A stretch of DNA of 64,000 bases from an uncultured delta proteobacterium (lineage in GTDB: Bacteria > Myxococcota > Myxococcia > Myxococcales > Anaeromyxobacteraceae), in assembly GCA_963814585.1 (NCBI GenBank), contig CAWFDF010000012.1:384001-448000 (forward strand). Direction: 5' to 3'. Numbering within the stretch: position 1 is the stretch's first letter; every line of letters starts with the position of its first letter. Shown one piece after another: positions 1 through 9,160 of the stretch. The position numbers and the translations under genes were made by a program. Under the pieces are notes generated by a model that did no database searches, had not been told where the DNA came from, and saw only the letters and a list, made by a program, of their open reading frames with translations.

Positions 1-1827
1 TAGAGCTGCGTCCGCTCGGCGTCCTCCCTGCTCACCGCCGGCACGTCGAAGCAGCGCAGCTGGGCCAGCGCCGACGGGTAGAGCAGCTTGTCCTCCGGCC
101 AGTCGGGGACCAGCACCTCGGGCAGCGTCTCCCGCACCCGCCCGCGCTCCACCGGGTTGTCGTCGATGAAGACCACCGACTGAAGCCCCAGGTTGAGCTC
201 GGCCACCAGCTCGGCGATGTTCCGCGCCTTGTCCTGCCAGTTGATGCGCCAGCCGACCAGGTCCTCCGGCTTGAGGACCATCTCCGGGTGGGAGCGCATG
301 GCCTCGAGCGCGGTGGCCTCCTCGTTCTTGCTCACCACCGCCAGCACCACGCCGCGCCGGGTCAGCGCCTTGAGCTGGTGCTGGAAGCTGACCAGCGCCT
401 CGCCCACCGGATCGTGGCCTCCCAGGCGCAGCCCCTGCCAGCCCACGTCCCCGACGATCCCGCCCCAGAGCGTGTCGTCGAGGTCGAGGACCACCAGCTT
501 GGAGGCGCCGCCGGAGAGGCCGCGGAGGGCCGCCTTGAGGTCACGGGACGCCTCGGCCAGCACCGCGTCGCCGAAGGCCACCTTGCCGACGAACCAGGCC
601 CGCGGGTTCTGGCCGCCGCGGCCGCCCACCACGGTCCAGCGCTGGGCATCGAGGACGAAGGCGTTGCCCACCGCCGCCAGCCGCTCCATGAGCCGCTGGT
701 TCATGTCCGCCAGGGCCCGGGTGGCCCCGCCCGGGCGCGCGTCGATCAGCCCCAGGCCACGCCTCGCCGGCGGCAGGGTCCAGGTGGGCACGAAGAGCGC
801 GCGCCAGCTCGCGGCCCCGCGCGCCAGCAGCTGCACGAAGGCGTCGACGTCGGCCCGCAGGGCCTCGGAGTCGACCGGCTCGTGGGCCAGCAGCCGGGCG
901 AAGGCCGGCACGGCCGCCTCGGGACGGGTCCAGACCACGGCGAAGTCCGAGGTGTCCGGGGTGGGGCCCTGCAGCAGCGCCTGGGCCACCTGGCCGAACG
1001 GGGCCACCGCGGCCTGGACCGGCGGCCCATCGGCGCTGCCGGCGAGGTGGCGCGCCAGGTCGTCGACGGTGAAGTCGGCGATGAGCAGGCCGCGCGCGCT
1101 CCAGGCCGGTGTCGAGGCCTCGGCCGGTGCGGGCGCGGTGGAGGCGGGGCCGGCGGAGGGCGCCGCGGCCCCTTCGATCCGGCGCAGGACCCGCGCCGGG
1201 TTGCCGCCGGCCACCACCCCGGGCGGGATCTCGCCGGCCACCACGCTGCCCGCGGTGATGATGGCGCCGGCGCCGATGCGGCTGCCGGGCAGCACCGTGA
1301 CCCGGCCGGCCAGCCAGGCGCCCTCGCCGATCTCGACGGGCTGCGCCTCCTCGGCGCCCGCCCCGGGCACCTCGGTGTCCGACACCAGCACGTACTGGCC
1401 GAGCTGCACGCGGGCGCCGATTCGCACCTGCCGCGCCGCGGTGATGGCGGTGCCGAAGTTGACGTGGGTGCCCTCGCCGATCTCCAGGCGGGCCCCGGGG
1501 CCGCACTCCAGCGACACCCGGTTCCACCGCGAGTTGAGGAGGACGTCGTCGCCGATCTCCAGCGTCCCCCGGTTGACGATGCGCGGGAACCCGCTGGTGC
1601 GCACCCGGCGGCCACGCCGGGAGCAGGCCCGCAGCGCCAGCGGCGCCGTGGCCAGCTCCAGCGACACGCTCAGCAGCTTGCGCGCCGTGGCGGCGAGCGA
1701 GCGCCCCTCCTGGCGAGCCAGGCCGCGCCTCAGCTTCTCGACGATGGTTCCCAGGACCGACTCCCCCCGACGCCGTCGCGGCGGCCTGCCCGCCCGCCGC
1801 GTCTCCCAGCGGCCCGCATTCCACCAT
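1..1827 (-). CDS. Hexapeptide O-acyltransferase fused to FkbH-like HAD-IIIC (glyceryl transferase/phosphatase); 3' end runs off the window
   Basis: Own translation of the minus strand (absent from the ORF track). Left-handed beta-helix part: EIGEGTHVNFGTAITAARQVRIG...IGEGAWLAGRVTVLPGSRIGAGAIITAGSVV...GGNPARVLR. FkbH part: KLVVLDLDDTLWGGIVGD, VVSKNEEA, INWQDKARNI, VFIDDNPVER. Start uncertain: ATG at 1827 needs a 1-nt correction in the G6 run at 1763-1768. Confidence 0.85.
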
Positions 1828-2035
1828 CGGAGCCGGTCCCAGGCAACGCCCAGCAGGGGCCGTCATGACGCCCGGCCGGGCGCGCCAGGCCAGGGAGGGC
1901 GCCTGCGGGTCCCCTGTGGACGGGACACCACCGGGCGGTCGGCGGCCTGGGCCCCCCAACTTCGCGCCCTCCGGCGCGGTGGGCGCGGCTATCCTCCCCA
2001 TGACGGGGCGAGCCACCTCGCTCCAAGGAGATCTC

Positions 2036-3706
2036 ATGCTGGTCCGCCGACTCGCCGCAGCCCTGCTCCTCTCCACCGCTGGCCTGGCCGCCGCCCAGTC
2101 GCCGCCGGTCGTGGCCATGCAGGTCCAGTCCGGCGAGCCTCGCCCCATCTCGCGCTTCATCTACGGCCTCAACTGGGCGGAGCTGTCCCGGGTCTGGGGC
2201 TCCAAGGTCCCCCGCGGCATCACCCTCAACCGGTTCGGCGGCAACCGCACCAGCGCCTGGGACTGGGAGACCAACGCCTCCAACTGCGGCAACGACTGCG
2301 ACGACACCTACCAGAACGACGCCTACCTGGGCGGGCACGGCCCGGGTGGGGCCGTCAAGCCCAGCGCCGACTGGGCCTTCGCGCGCCAGGCCGGCCTCCT
2401 CGCCACCGTGCCCATGCTGGGCTGGGTGGCCGCCGACACCGCGGGCCCGGTCTCGCTCAAGACCCCCCTGGCCGAACGCCGCGCCAGGCGCTTCAAGGTC
2501 TCCAAGGCGAGGAAGGGAGCGCCCTTCGCGGCCGAGCCCGACACCTCCGACAAGTTCACCTACCAGGACGAGTTCGTGGCCTGGCTGGAGCGGACCTACC
2601 CGTTCGCCCGCACCGACCCGCTCCGGCCCATCTTCTACTCGCTCGACAACGAGCCCGACCTGTGGGGCTCGACGCACGAGGAGGTTCGCGGCGACCGGCT
2701 CTCGAAGAAGAAGTACGTCCTGACCGGCTACCAGGAGCTGGTGGACCGCTCCATCGAGTACGCCGCCGCCATCAAGGACGCCGCGCCCGGCGCCCTGATC
2801 TTCGGGCCGGCGCTCTCGGGCTGGAACGGCTACCAGAACCTCTACCACAACGACGCCCCCGACCCGGCCGGCCGCCAGTTCTTCCTGGCCTACTACCTGG
2901 AGCGGATGCACCAGGCCGGGCAGGCCCAGGGGCGACGCCTCCTCGACGTGCTCGACGTCCACTTCTACTCGCAGGTGAACAGCACCCGCCACCAGTCGGT
3001 CGCCAACGAGTGGGCCGAGCAGGACTCGACCATGATCCAGGCCCGGGTCCAGGCGCCGCGCTCGCTCTGGGATCCGACCTACCGGGAGCGGAGCTGGCTC
3101 ATGGACGTCACCAGCGGCCCGCTCCGCCTCCTGCCCCGGCTGCGCGACCTGATCGCCAGGCACGCCCCGGGCACGCGCCTCGCCATCACCGAGTACTCGT
3201 ACTACCGGGGCGGCGACATCTCCGGCGGCATCGCCCAGGCCGACGCCCTCGGCATCTTCGGCCGCGAGGGGGTCTTCGCGGCCACCCTCTGGCCGCAGGG
3301 GGCGCGGTGGGCCTACCAGGGCGACCTCGACAAGACCTACGCCTGCGCCATGGCCGCCTTCCGCGTCTACCGGGACTACGACGGGCAGGGCGCGGCCTTC
3401 GGCGACCTGTCCCTCCCCGCCAGCACCGTCGACGTGGAGCGGACCAGCATCTACGCCAGCGGCGACAGCACCGACCCGGGCCGGCTGGTGCTGGTGGTCA
3501 TCAACAAGACCGAGGGACCGCTCGACGCCGACATCTCGGTCCCCGGGGGCTCGACCGGCGGCAAGGCCCAGGTCTGGCGGCTCACCGGCGGCATCGGCCG
3601 CTGCACCGGGCCCGAGCGGGTGGCGCCCGACGTGGCGGTGGTGGGCGGCACCCTGGTGGTCCGGCTGCCGGCGCTCAGCGTCTCGACCGTCGTGCTGCGG
3701 CGCTGA
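2036..3706 (+). CDS. Secreted glycoside hydrolase family 44 (endoglucanase-like)
   Basis: AAGGAG RBS at 2025-2030, signal peptide, motifs ISRFIYGLN, RFGGNRTSAWDWETNASN, LDNEPDLW, LDVLDVHFY, LAITEY, AQADALGIFGREG. Confidence 0.85.
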   Translation: MLVRRLAAALLLSTAGLAAAQSPPVVAMQVQSGEPRPISRFIYGLNWAELSRVWGSKVPRGITLNRFGGNRTSAWDWETNASNCGNDCDDTYQNDAYLGGHGPGGAVKPSADWAFARQAGLLATVPMLGWVAADTAGPVSLKTPLAERRARRFKVSKARKGAPFAAEPDTSDKFTYQDEFVAWLERTYPFARTDPLRPIFYSLDNEPDLWGSTHEEVRGDRLSKKKYVLTGYQELVDRSIEYAAAIKDAAPGALIFGPALSGWNGYQNLYHNDAPDPAGRQFFLAYYLERMHQAGQAQGRRLLDVLDVHFYSQVNSTRHQSVANEWAEQDSTMIQARVQAPRSLWDPTYRERSWLMDVTSGPLRLLPRLRDLIARHAPGTRLAITEYSYYRGGDISGGIAQADALGIFGREGVFAATLWPQGARWAYQGDLDKTYACAMAAFRVYRDYDGQGAAFGDLSLPASTVDVERTSIYASGDSTDPGRLVLVVINKTEGPLDADISVPGGSTGGKAQVWRLTGGIGRCTGPERVAPDVAVVGGTLVVRLPALSVSTVVLRR

Positions 3707-3719
3707 GAGGGACGGGCCC

Positions 3720-5006
3720 ATGGGAGACCGCATCCAGCAGGGCGCCGCGGCAGGGCGGCCACCCATGGTCCTGGGCAACGCCGACTTCGGGGGGACGCTG
3801 GCGGCCACCCGATGCCTCGGCGCCCACGGCGTGCCGGTGCTGCTGCCCGGAGCCGCCCGGCTCGATCCGGCCCGCTGGTCGCGCCACGCCCGGCGCATCC
3901 AGGCCCCCTCGGATCCCGAGCAGCTGGTCACCTGGCTGCTCGACGAGGCGCCCCCCGGCCTGGTGGTCTACCCGACCTGCGACGACCTGGCCTGGCTTCT
4001 GGCCCGCGACCGCGACGCGCTGGGGCGCCGCCATCACCTCTACTCGCCGCCGCTGGCTGCCGTCGAGGCGCTGCTCGACAAGCGGCGGCTCCACGAGCTG
4101 GCGCGTGCCGTCGGCCTGGCCTGCCCCGAGACCTGGTACCCGCGCGACGAGGCCGAGGCGACACGGCTGGCGCCCGAGCTCCCCTTCCCGGTGCTCCTCA
4201 AGCCGCGCACCCAGGTGCTCTCGCGCTCCCACACCAAGGGCTTCCGCGCCGCCAGCGCCGGGGAGCTGCCGGCCGCCTGGCGCGCCGCCAGCGGGGAGCT
4301 GCGCTACGCGCCGTCGTTGCTGGAGCGGATCCCCGGGGCCGCCGTCCCCCTGCTCCAGGCCTACCACCGCGACCGGTCCGACCGGATCACCAGCGTGGCG
4401 GGCTTCGTCGACGAGGGGCAGCGCCTCTTCGTGGCCCGCGCCTCCACCAAGGTGCTCCAGTCGCCGCGCGGGCTCGGGATCGGCATCTGCTTCCAGTCCA
4501 CGCCGCTCGAGCCGGCGCTGGCCGACGCCATCCAGGCGCTCTGCGCCGCGGCCGGCTACCACGGCGCCTTCGAGGTCGAGCTGCTGGCGGGCGACCCGCC
4601 CCTGCTGATCGACTTCAACCCCCGGTTCTACGGGGAGCTGGCCTTCGAGGTGGCCCGCGGGCTCCCCTCGCCGTGGCTCGTCTACCTGGGCGCGCTCGCC
4701 GATGGCCCGGCGCTCGAGGCCGAGGTGGCGCGGGCCCGGGCCGCGCCCGTCCACCAGGACGCCATCTTCTGCAACAAGCTGGCGGCGCGGATCGACCTCT
4801 GCAGCCAGGCCCTGGCCGGCGTGGTGCCGGTCGGCGAGGCGCTCCGCTGGAGGCGCTGGTACCTGGACCACCGCCACCGGGCCGTCGATCCCTACGAGGA
4901 GCGGGGCGATCCCGGCCCGCTGATCGCGCAGTGGATCTCGGTGGCGACCGGGGTGCTGCGCCATCCGCGCGCCTTCCTGCGCCAGCGGGTCTGGGGCCGC
5001 ATCTGA
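3720..5006 (+). CDS. ATP-grasp carboxylate-amine ligase (D-aspartate-ligase-like)
   Basis: YPTCDD, LLDKRRLHELARAVGLACPETW, FPVLLKPR, GYHGAFEVE, LIDFNPRFYG. Confidence 0.8.
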   Translation: MGDRIQQGAAAGRPPMVLGNADFGGTLAATRCLGAHGVPVLLPGAARLDPARWSRHARRIQAPSDPEQLVTWLLDEAPPGLVVYPTCDDLAWLLARDRDALGRRHHLYSPPLAAVEALLDKRRLHELARAVGLACPETWYPRDEAEATRLAPELPFPVLLKPRTQVLSRSHTKGFRAASAGELPAAWRAASGELRYAPSLLERIPGAAVPLLQAYHRDRSDRITSVAGFVDEGQRLFVARASTKVLQSPRGLGIGICFQSTPLEPALADAIQALCAAAGYHGAFEVELLAGDPPLLIDFNPRFYGELAFEVARGLPSPWLVYLGALADGPALEAEVARARAAPVHQDAIFCNKLAARIDLCSQALAGVVPVGEALRWRRWYLDHRHRAVDPYEERGDPGPLIAQWISVATGVLRHPRAFLRQRVWGRI

Positions 5007-5086
5007 TGGCGCTGGCCACGGCCTGGCCCCGGCCGGGCCGGTGGCCGTGGTACGCTGCCCCGGAAGCCACCAGAACGGGGGCTCCC

Positions 5087-5437
5087 GTGAGCAAGCCTGA
5101 TGAAGCCCTGGGACGACGCCACTTCCGGCGCTTCGACGCTCCCATCACGGTCCGGCCGGTCAGCATCCTGGCGAGGGCGATCCCCCGCCGGGTCAACGAC
5201 GTCAGCCTCGGCGGCGTCCGCGCCTACTCCGACGAGCGCTACAGGATCGGCAAGCGGCTCGAGCTGGAGCTGGCCTTCCCCGATGGCGAGAGCGCCACGG
5301 TGCTCGCCGAGGTGGTCTGGGTCGAGGCCCTGCCGGAGGGCGCCCCGGCCCGCTTCGACGTGGGTATGCGCTACGTGGACACCACCGCACATGACCTCAC
5401 CCTTCTCCACCGGGCCCTCGGCCTGCCAAGCCCATGA
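5087..5437 (+). CDS. Stand-alone PilZ domain protein
   Basis: RxxxR (RRHFRR) and DxSxGG (NDVSLGG) motifs, then AEVVW and VGMRY. Alternative start at ATG 5006. Confidence 0.8.
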   Translation: MSKPDEALGRRHFRRFDAPITVRPVSILARAIPRRVNDVSLGGVRAYSDERYRIGKRLELELAFPDGESATVLAEVVWVEALPEGAPARFDVGMRYVDTTAHDLTLLHRALGLPSP

Positions 5438-5583
5438 GAGGAAGCGGGTGTTCCCGCTGTCCACCGCGCGCGGGACTCCAGGCGGGGGCGCGGCCCACGG
5501 GGGGCCACGCCACGCGGCCCGGCTGCGTGGTAGGACTACGAGCAATTTCACCACGTCACGACCACATTCCCGAGTCCACTCCG

Positions 5584-6210
5584 ATGCTCTCGTCGCTCCG
5601 TCGCCTCAAGCCGTCCCTCGGCCTCCTGCTCCTCGCACTGGCCGGCTGCGCCACCGGTGAGTTCGTCTGGGTCGACGCCATCCCCGACGAGCTGTTGCCG
5701 ACCGAGACCGAGTACCTCATCGCCCCGGCCGACGTGCTCAACATCCGCGTCTTCGGTCAGGACACCATCTCCGGCAAGGTGAAGGTCCGCAGCGACGGCA
5801 AGATCTCGTTGCCGCTCCTCAACGACCAGGTGGCCGCCGGGCTGACGCCGGGGATGCTGGCCCGCATGCTGGCCGCCGACCTCAAGACCTTCGTGGTCAA
5901 CCCCGTGGTCACGGTGGCCGTCGAGGAGACCCACCCGCTCCAGGTGTCGGTGCTCGGGGAGGTGGTGAAGCCCGGCGTCTACAAGCTGGAGCCGGGCGCC
6001 GAGGTCCTCACCACGCTGGCGCTGGCCGGCGGCCTCACCCCCTTCGCCCGCCGCGACGGGATCTACGTGCTGCGCCGGCTGCAGGGCGCCGACAACAACT
6101 CCAGCGCCAAGCCGCTGCGGATCCGCTTTCGCTACAACGCGCTGATCCGGGCCGAGGGACGCGCGGCCGCCTTCCGCCTGCAGGACGGCGACGTGCTGGT
6201 GGCCGAGTAG
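5584..6210 (+). CDS. Short OPX polysaccharide export lipoprotein (EpsY/WzaX-like)
   Basis: Lipobox LAGC; Poly_export motif YLIAPADVLNIRVFGQ...VRSDGKISLPLL; SLBB motif VLGEVVKPG, LALAGGLTPFA. Ends LQDGDVLVAE with no C-terminal outer-membrane helix. Confidence 0.9.
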   Translation: MLSSLRRLKPSLGLLLLALAGCATGEFVWVDAIPDELLPTETEYLIAPADVLNIRVFGQDTISGKVKVRSDGKISLPLLNDQVAAGLTPGMLARMLAADLKTFVVNPVVTVAVEETHPLQVSVLGEVVKPGVYKLEPGAEVLTTLALAGGLTPFARRDGIYVLRRLQGADNNSSAKPLRIRFRYNALIRAEGRAAAFRLQDGDVLVAE

Positions 6211-6213
6211 CGG

Positions 6214-7422
6214 ATGCCGGCCGGGCCCCTGGTCCTCTGCGCGCTGCTCCAGCTCACCGAGGGCCAGGTCACCGCCTACGCGGTCGCCGCCCTGTCCGAG
6301 GCCCGGGGCCTGGCCCTGATCCAGCAGGGGACCACGACCCTGGTGGCCGAGCTGGAGGTCGACCCGCGGGTGGCCCTCCAGCTCGACACCCTGACCCTCA
6401 ACCTCGGGGCCGCCTACGCGCCGCGCCTCTGGGTCTCGACGCAGGCCAGCGGGCTCCAGGTGCTCCACCGCGCCGCGATCCAGGCCTCCTGGAGGCCCGA
6501 TCCGCTCCTGCGCCTGCTGACCTCGGCCACCGGGTCCGTCGGCACCTCCAACCTGCTGGCCCCGGCGCTCGCTGGCCCGGGCGGCACGCCTCCCGGACCG
6601 CTCCAGTCGGTCGGGTTGCAGACGCGGATCCCCTACGTCTACGGCGAGGTGGCGGCCGGCCTGGATGCGACGCCGACGCGGCGGACCCGGGTGGCGCTGG
6701 GCGGCGCCTACGTGGTGGACGGCGGGGCCGACGCCAAGGCCCAGCTCACCTACCCACAGCAGCGCGGCCCCAACGGCTCGCTGGCCTTCGACTGGCAGAT
6801 GAATGCGGACGACCGCCTCGACACCCTGGTGACCACCCTGCGTCGCTCCTTCACGACCGGCGCCGTCGATCCGGTCACCGGGGCCTCGCTCCAGAGGCCG
6901 CCGGTCTGGGTCGGCAGCGTCTCCGAGACCTGGCGGCGGAAGTACGACGTGAAGCTCTCCACCTGGGTTGGAGGGGGCGCCTCCCTCACCACCACCGAGC
7001 TGCTGGGAGGGGACGTCAAGGTCAAGAAGGTCACCCCGCTCGTCGACATCGGGGGCCAGTACCTCGACGAGGACGGCCTCAAGGGGCTGCGCCTCTCCTT
7101 CCGCTACGCCCCGGTCGTCGATACCGTCTCGGGACGCGTCTACCAGCGCGCCGATTCCTTCCTCCTCGGGAACTGGGCGACCACGCAGAGCTGGCGCATG
7201 GTGGGCCAGCTGAGCACCGCCGTGGTGGTGGGCGGCTTCCAGTCCGGGCAGCTGAATCTCTTCGGCGAGGGCCGGATGGCCCACGTCCTGACCCGCGACC
7301 TGGAGCTGACCTGGGGGCTGCGGGGCACGCTGCAGCGGCCGCCCGGGACCTCCCTGGCCGCCTCCTACCAGCAGTGGGGGATCTTCGTGGCGCTGGCCTA
7401 CCAGCAGCGCGGCGCGATCTGA
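6214..7422 (+). CDS. Outer-membrane beta-barrel partner of OPX (EpsX/Wzp-like)
   Basis: Alternating amphipathic strands throughout, C-terminal WGIFVALAY strand, starts 3 nt after the OPX stop. Confidence 0.65.
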   Translation: MPAGPLVLCALLQLTEGQVTAYAVAALSEARGLALIQQGTTTLVAELEVDPRVALQLDTLTLNLGAAYAPRLWVSTQASGLQVLHRAAIQASWRPDPLLRLLTSATGSVGTSNLLAPALAGPGGTPPGPLQSVGLQTRIPYVYGEVAAGLDATPTRRTRVALGGAYVVDGGADAKAQLTYPQQRGPNGSLAFDWQMNADDRLDTLVTTLRRSFTTGAVDPVTGASLQRPPVWVGSVSETWRRKYDVKLSTWVGGGASLTTTELLGGDVKVKKVTPLVDIGGQYLDEDGLKGLRLSFRYAPVVDTVSGRVYQRADSFLLGNWATTQSWRMVGQLSTAVVVGGFQSGQLNLFGEGRMAHVLTRDLELTWGLRGTLQRPPGTSLAASYQQWGIFVALAYQQRGAI

Positions 7423-7425
7423 GCC

Positions 7426-7593
7426 ATGCCTCGCCTCGTCGTCGCCAGCATCCTCCTGCTGCTGATCGCCGCCCCGCTCCTGGCGGCGCGAGATCCCCAT
7501 CCCATCCGGGCCATGCGCCGGCTCCTGCTCTACGTCGTGCTCGTCCACGTCGCCTACGCCTTCGCCGTCCTGGTCATCTATCCCCGTGTCTGA
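7426..7593 (+). CDS. 55-aa two-helix membrane protein
   Basis: MPRLVVASILLLLIAAPLLAARDPHPIRAMRRLLLYVVLVHVAYAFAVLVIYPRV; fills the gap exactly, GC-rich third codon positions, overlaps the wzy GTG. Below the ORF track cut-off. Confidence 0.75.
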   Translation: MPRLVVASILLLLIAAPLLAARDPHPIRAMRRLLLYVVLVHVAYAFAVLVIYPRV

Positions 7594-9160
7594 CCACGCC
7601 CAGCCCGCCTTCCCGGCCGACACGCTGCGCCCTCCGACACGCCCGGACCGGGCCACGCTGCTCGCCTGGGGCGGCAGCGCCGCCCTGGCCGCGGCCCTGC
7701 TGACGGTCTCGGGCGGCAACCCGGCGGTGGTGGCCGGGCTGGTCCTGGCGGCGGTCGTCGGCTGGGCGATCTGGCGGCTTCCGCTCTACGTGCCCGCCAC
7801 CGGCCTGCTCCTGGCGACCCAGCTCATCGACGACCCTGCCTCCAGCCCGGGCGGCGGGGTCTGGGTCTCGCCGATCGCCCCGGTGGCCGAGCTCCTCTAC
7901 GACAACCTCCACAAGTTCACCGGCATCAGCGCGCTCCGCTTCTCCATCCTCGACCTGATGGTGGTGGGGCTGCTCCTGCTGGCGCTCCTGCGCCGCATCC
8001 TCGGCACCGCGGCGCGCGAGGGGGTGGCGCCGGCCCCGGCCCCCTTCACCGCCGTGGTGGTGGGCGCCTTCCTGGCCCTGCTGGTGTCGCTGGCCTGGGG
8101 GCTGTCGCGGGGCGGCGACTTCCGCTCCTCGCTCTGGCAGCTGCGCCAGCTCCTCGCCCTGCCCCTGGTGACGCTGCTGTTCCTGGTCTCGCTGCGCGGC
8201 CCCAGGGATCTCAAGCTGCTGGGCACGGTGCTCATCGGGGCCGGCCTCGCCAAGACCGCCCTGGCGGTGTGGATCACCGAGACGGTCTTCCGGCCCCAGA
8301 ACGTCAGGCCCCCCTTCGTCACCACCCACGCCGACTCCATGCTCTTCGCCCTCGCCTTCATCGCCGTGCTGGCGATGTGGAACGAGCAGCGAACGCGGCG
8401 GACCTGGACCCTGCTGCTGGTGGCCGGGCCGCTGCTGCTGCTCGCCATGAAGGTCAACAACCGGCGGCTGGTCTTCGTCGAGGCCGCGGCGGCCCTGGTC
8501 ATGATCTTCCCGCTCCTCCCCTGGACCCACCTCAAGCGCAAGGTGATGCGCGCCGTCATCCTCTCCATCCCGGTGGGGATCCTCTATCTCGCGGTCGGCT
8601 GGAACTCGACCGCGAAGATCTTCGCGCCGGTCAAGATCGTCCGCTCCATCGCCGAGCCCGAGACCGACCGGTCGACGGCCATGCGGGACATCGAGAACTA
8701 CAACCTGACGGTCACGTTCCGCACCAACCCGCTCCTCGGCGTGGGCTTCGGCCACCCCTACGTCGAGCAGGTGAAGGCCGACGACATCTCGATGATCTTC
8801 CCGCTCTACCGCTACATCCCGCACAACAGCGTGCTCGCCATCTGGGCCTTCTGCGGCACGGCCGGCTTCGCCGCCATCTGGCTGCCCATGCTGGCCGGGC
8901 TCTTCCTGGCGGCTCGGACCTACCGGCGGAGCGGCGAGCCGATCCACCGGGCCGCCGCCCTGACGGCCGGCTCGATGGTGGTCATCCACCTGATCCAGGC
9001 CTGGGGCGACATGGGCATCCAGGCCTGGTCGGGCGTCTTCCTCATGGCGGCCTGCCTGGCCTCGGTGGCGCAGCTGGCGGTGGCGGTGGGCGCCTACCCG
9101 GCCCCACGCCGGCGGCTCGCGCCCGGGACCTCGCTGGCGCCCGGCCCGGGGGCAGCGTGA
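7586..9160 (+). CDS. wzy: Wzy polymerase / O-antigen ligase family protein
   Basis: About 12 hydrophobic segments; periplasmic loop with RDIENYNL, NPLLGVGFG, IPHNSVL; EPS context. Confidence 0.8.
   Translation: MSDHAQPAFPADTLRPPTRPDRATLLAWGGSAALAAALLTVSGGNPAVVAGLVLAAVVGWAIWRLPLYVPATGLLLATQLIDDPASSPGGGVWVSPIAPVAELLYDNLHKFTGISALRFSILDLMVVGLLLLALLRRILGTAAREGVAPAPAPFTAVVVGAFLALLVSLAWGLSRGGDFRSSLWQLRQLLALPLVTLLFLVSLRGPRDLKLLGTVLIGAGLAKTALAVWITETVFRPQNVRPPFVTTHADSMLFALAFIAVLAMWNEQRTRRTWTLLLVAGPLLLLAMKVNNRRLVFVEAAAALVMIFPLLPWTHLKRKVMRAVILSIPVGILYLAVGWNSTAKIFAPVKIVRSIAEPETDRSTAMRDIENYNLTVTFRTNPLLGVGFGHPYVEQVKADDISMIFPLYRYIPHNSVLAIWAFCGTAGFAAIWLPMLAGLFLAARTYRRSGEPIHRAAALTAGSMVVIHLIQAWGDMGIQAWSGVFLMAACLASVAQLAVAVGAYPAPRRRLAPGTSLAPGPGAA

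Noticed and set aside
193..4608. 1471-aa plus-strand ORF and similar long ORFs (20773..26319, 22230..27530, 38524..41127, 38584..44880, 59928..63317)
   Set aside because: Shadow or off-frame ORFs expected at very high GC; they overlap genes with clear motifs and have Arg/Gly/Pro-rich or antisense-type composition.
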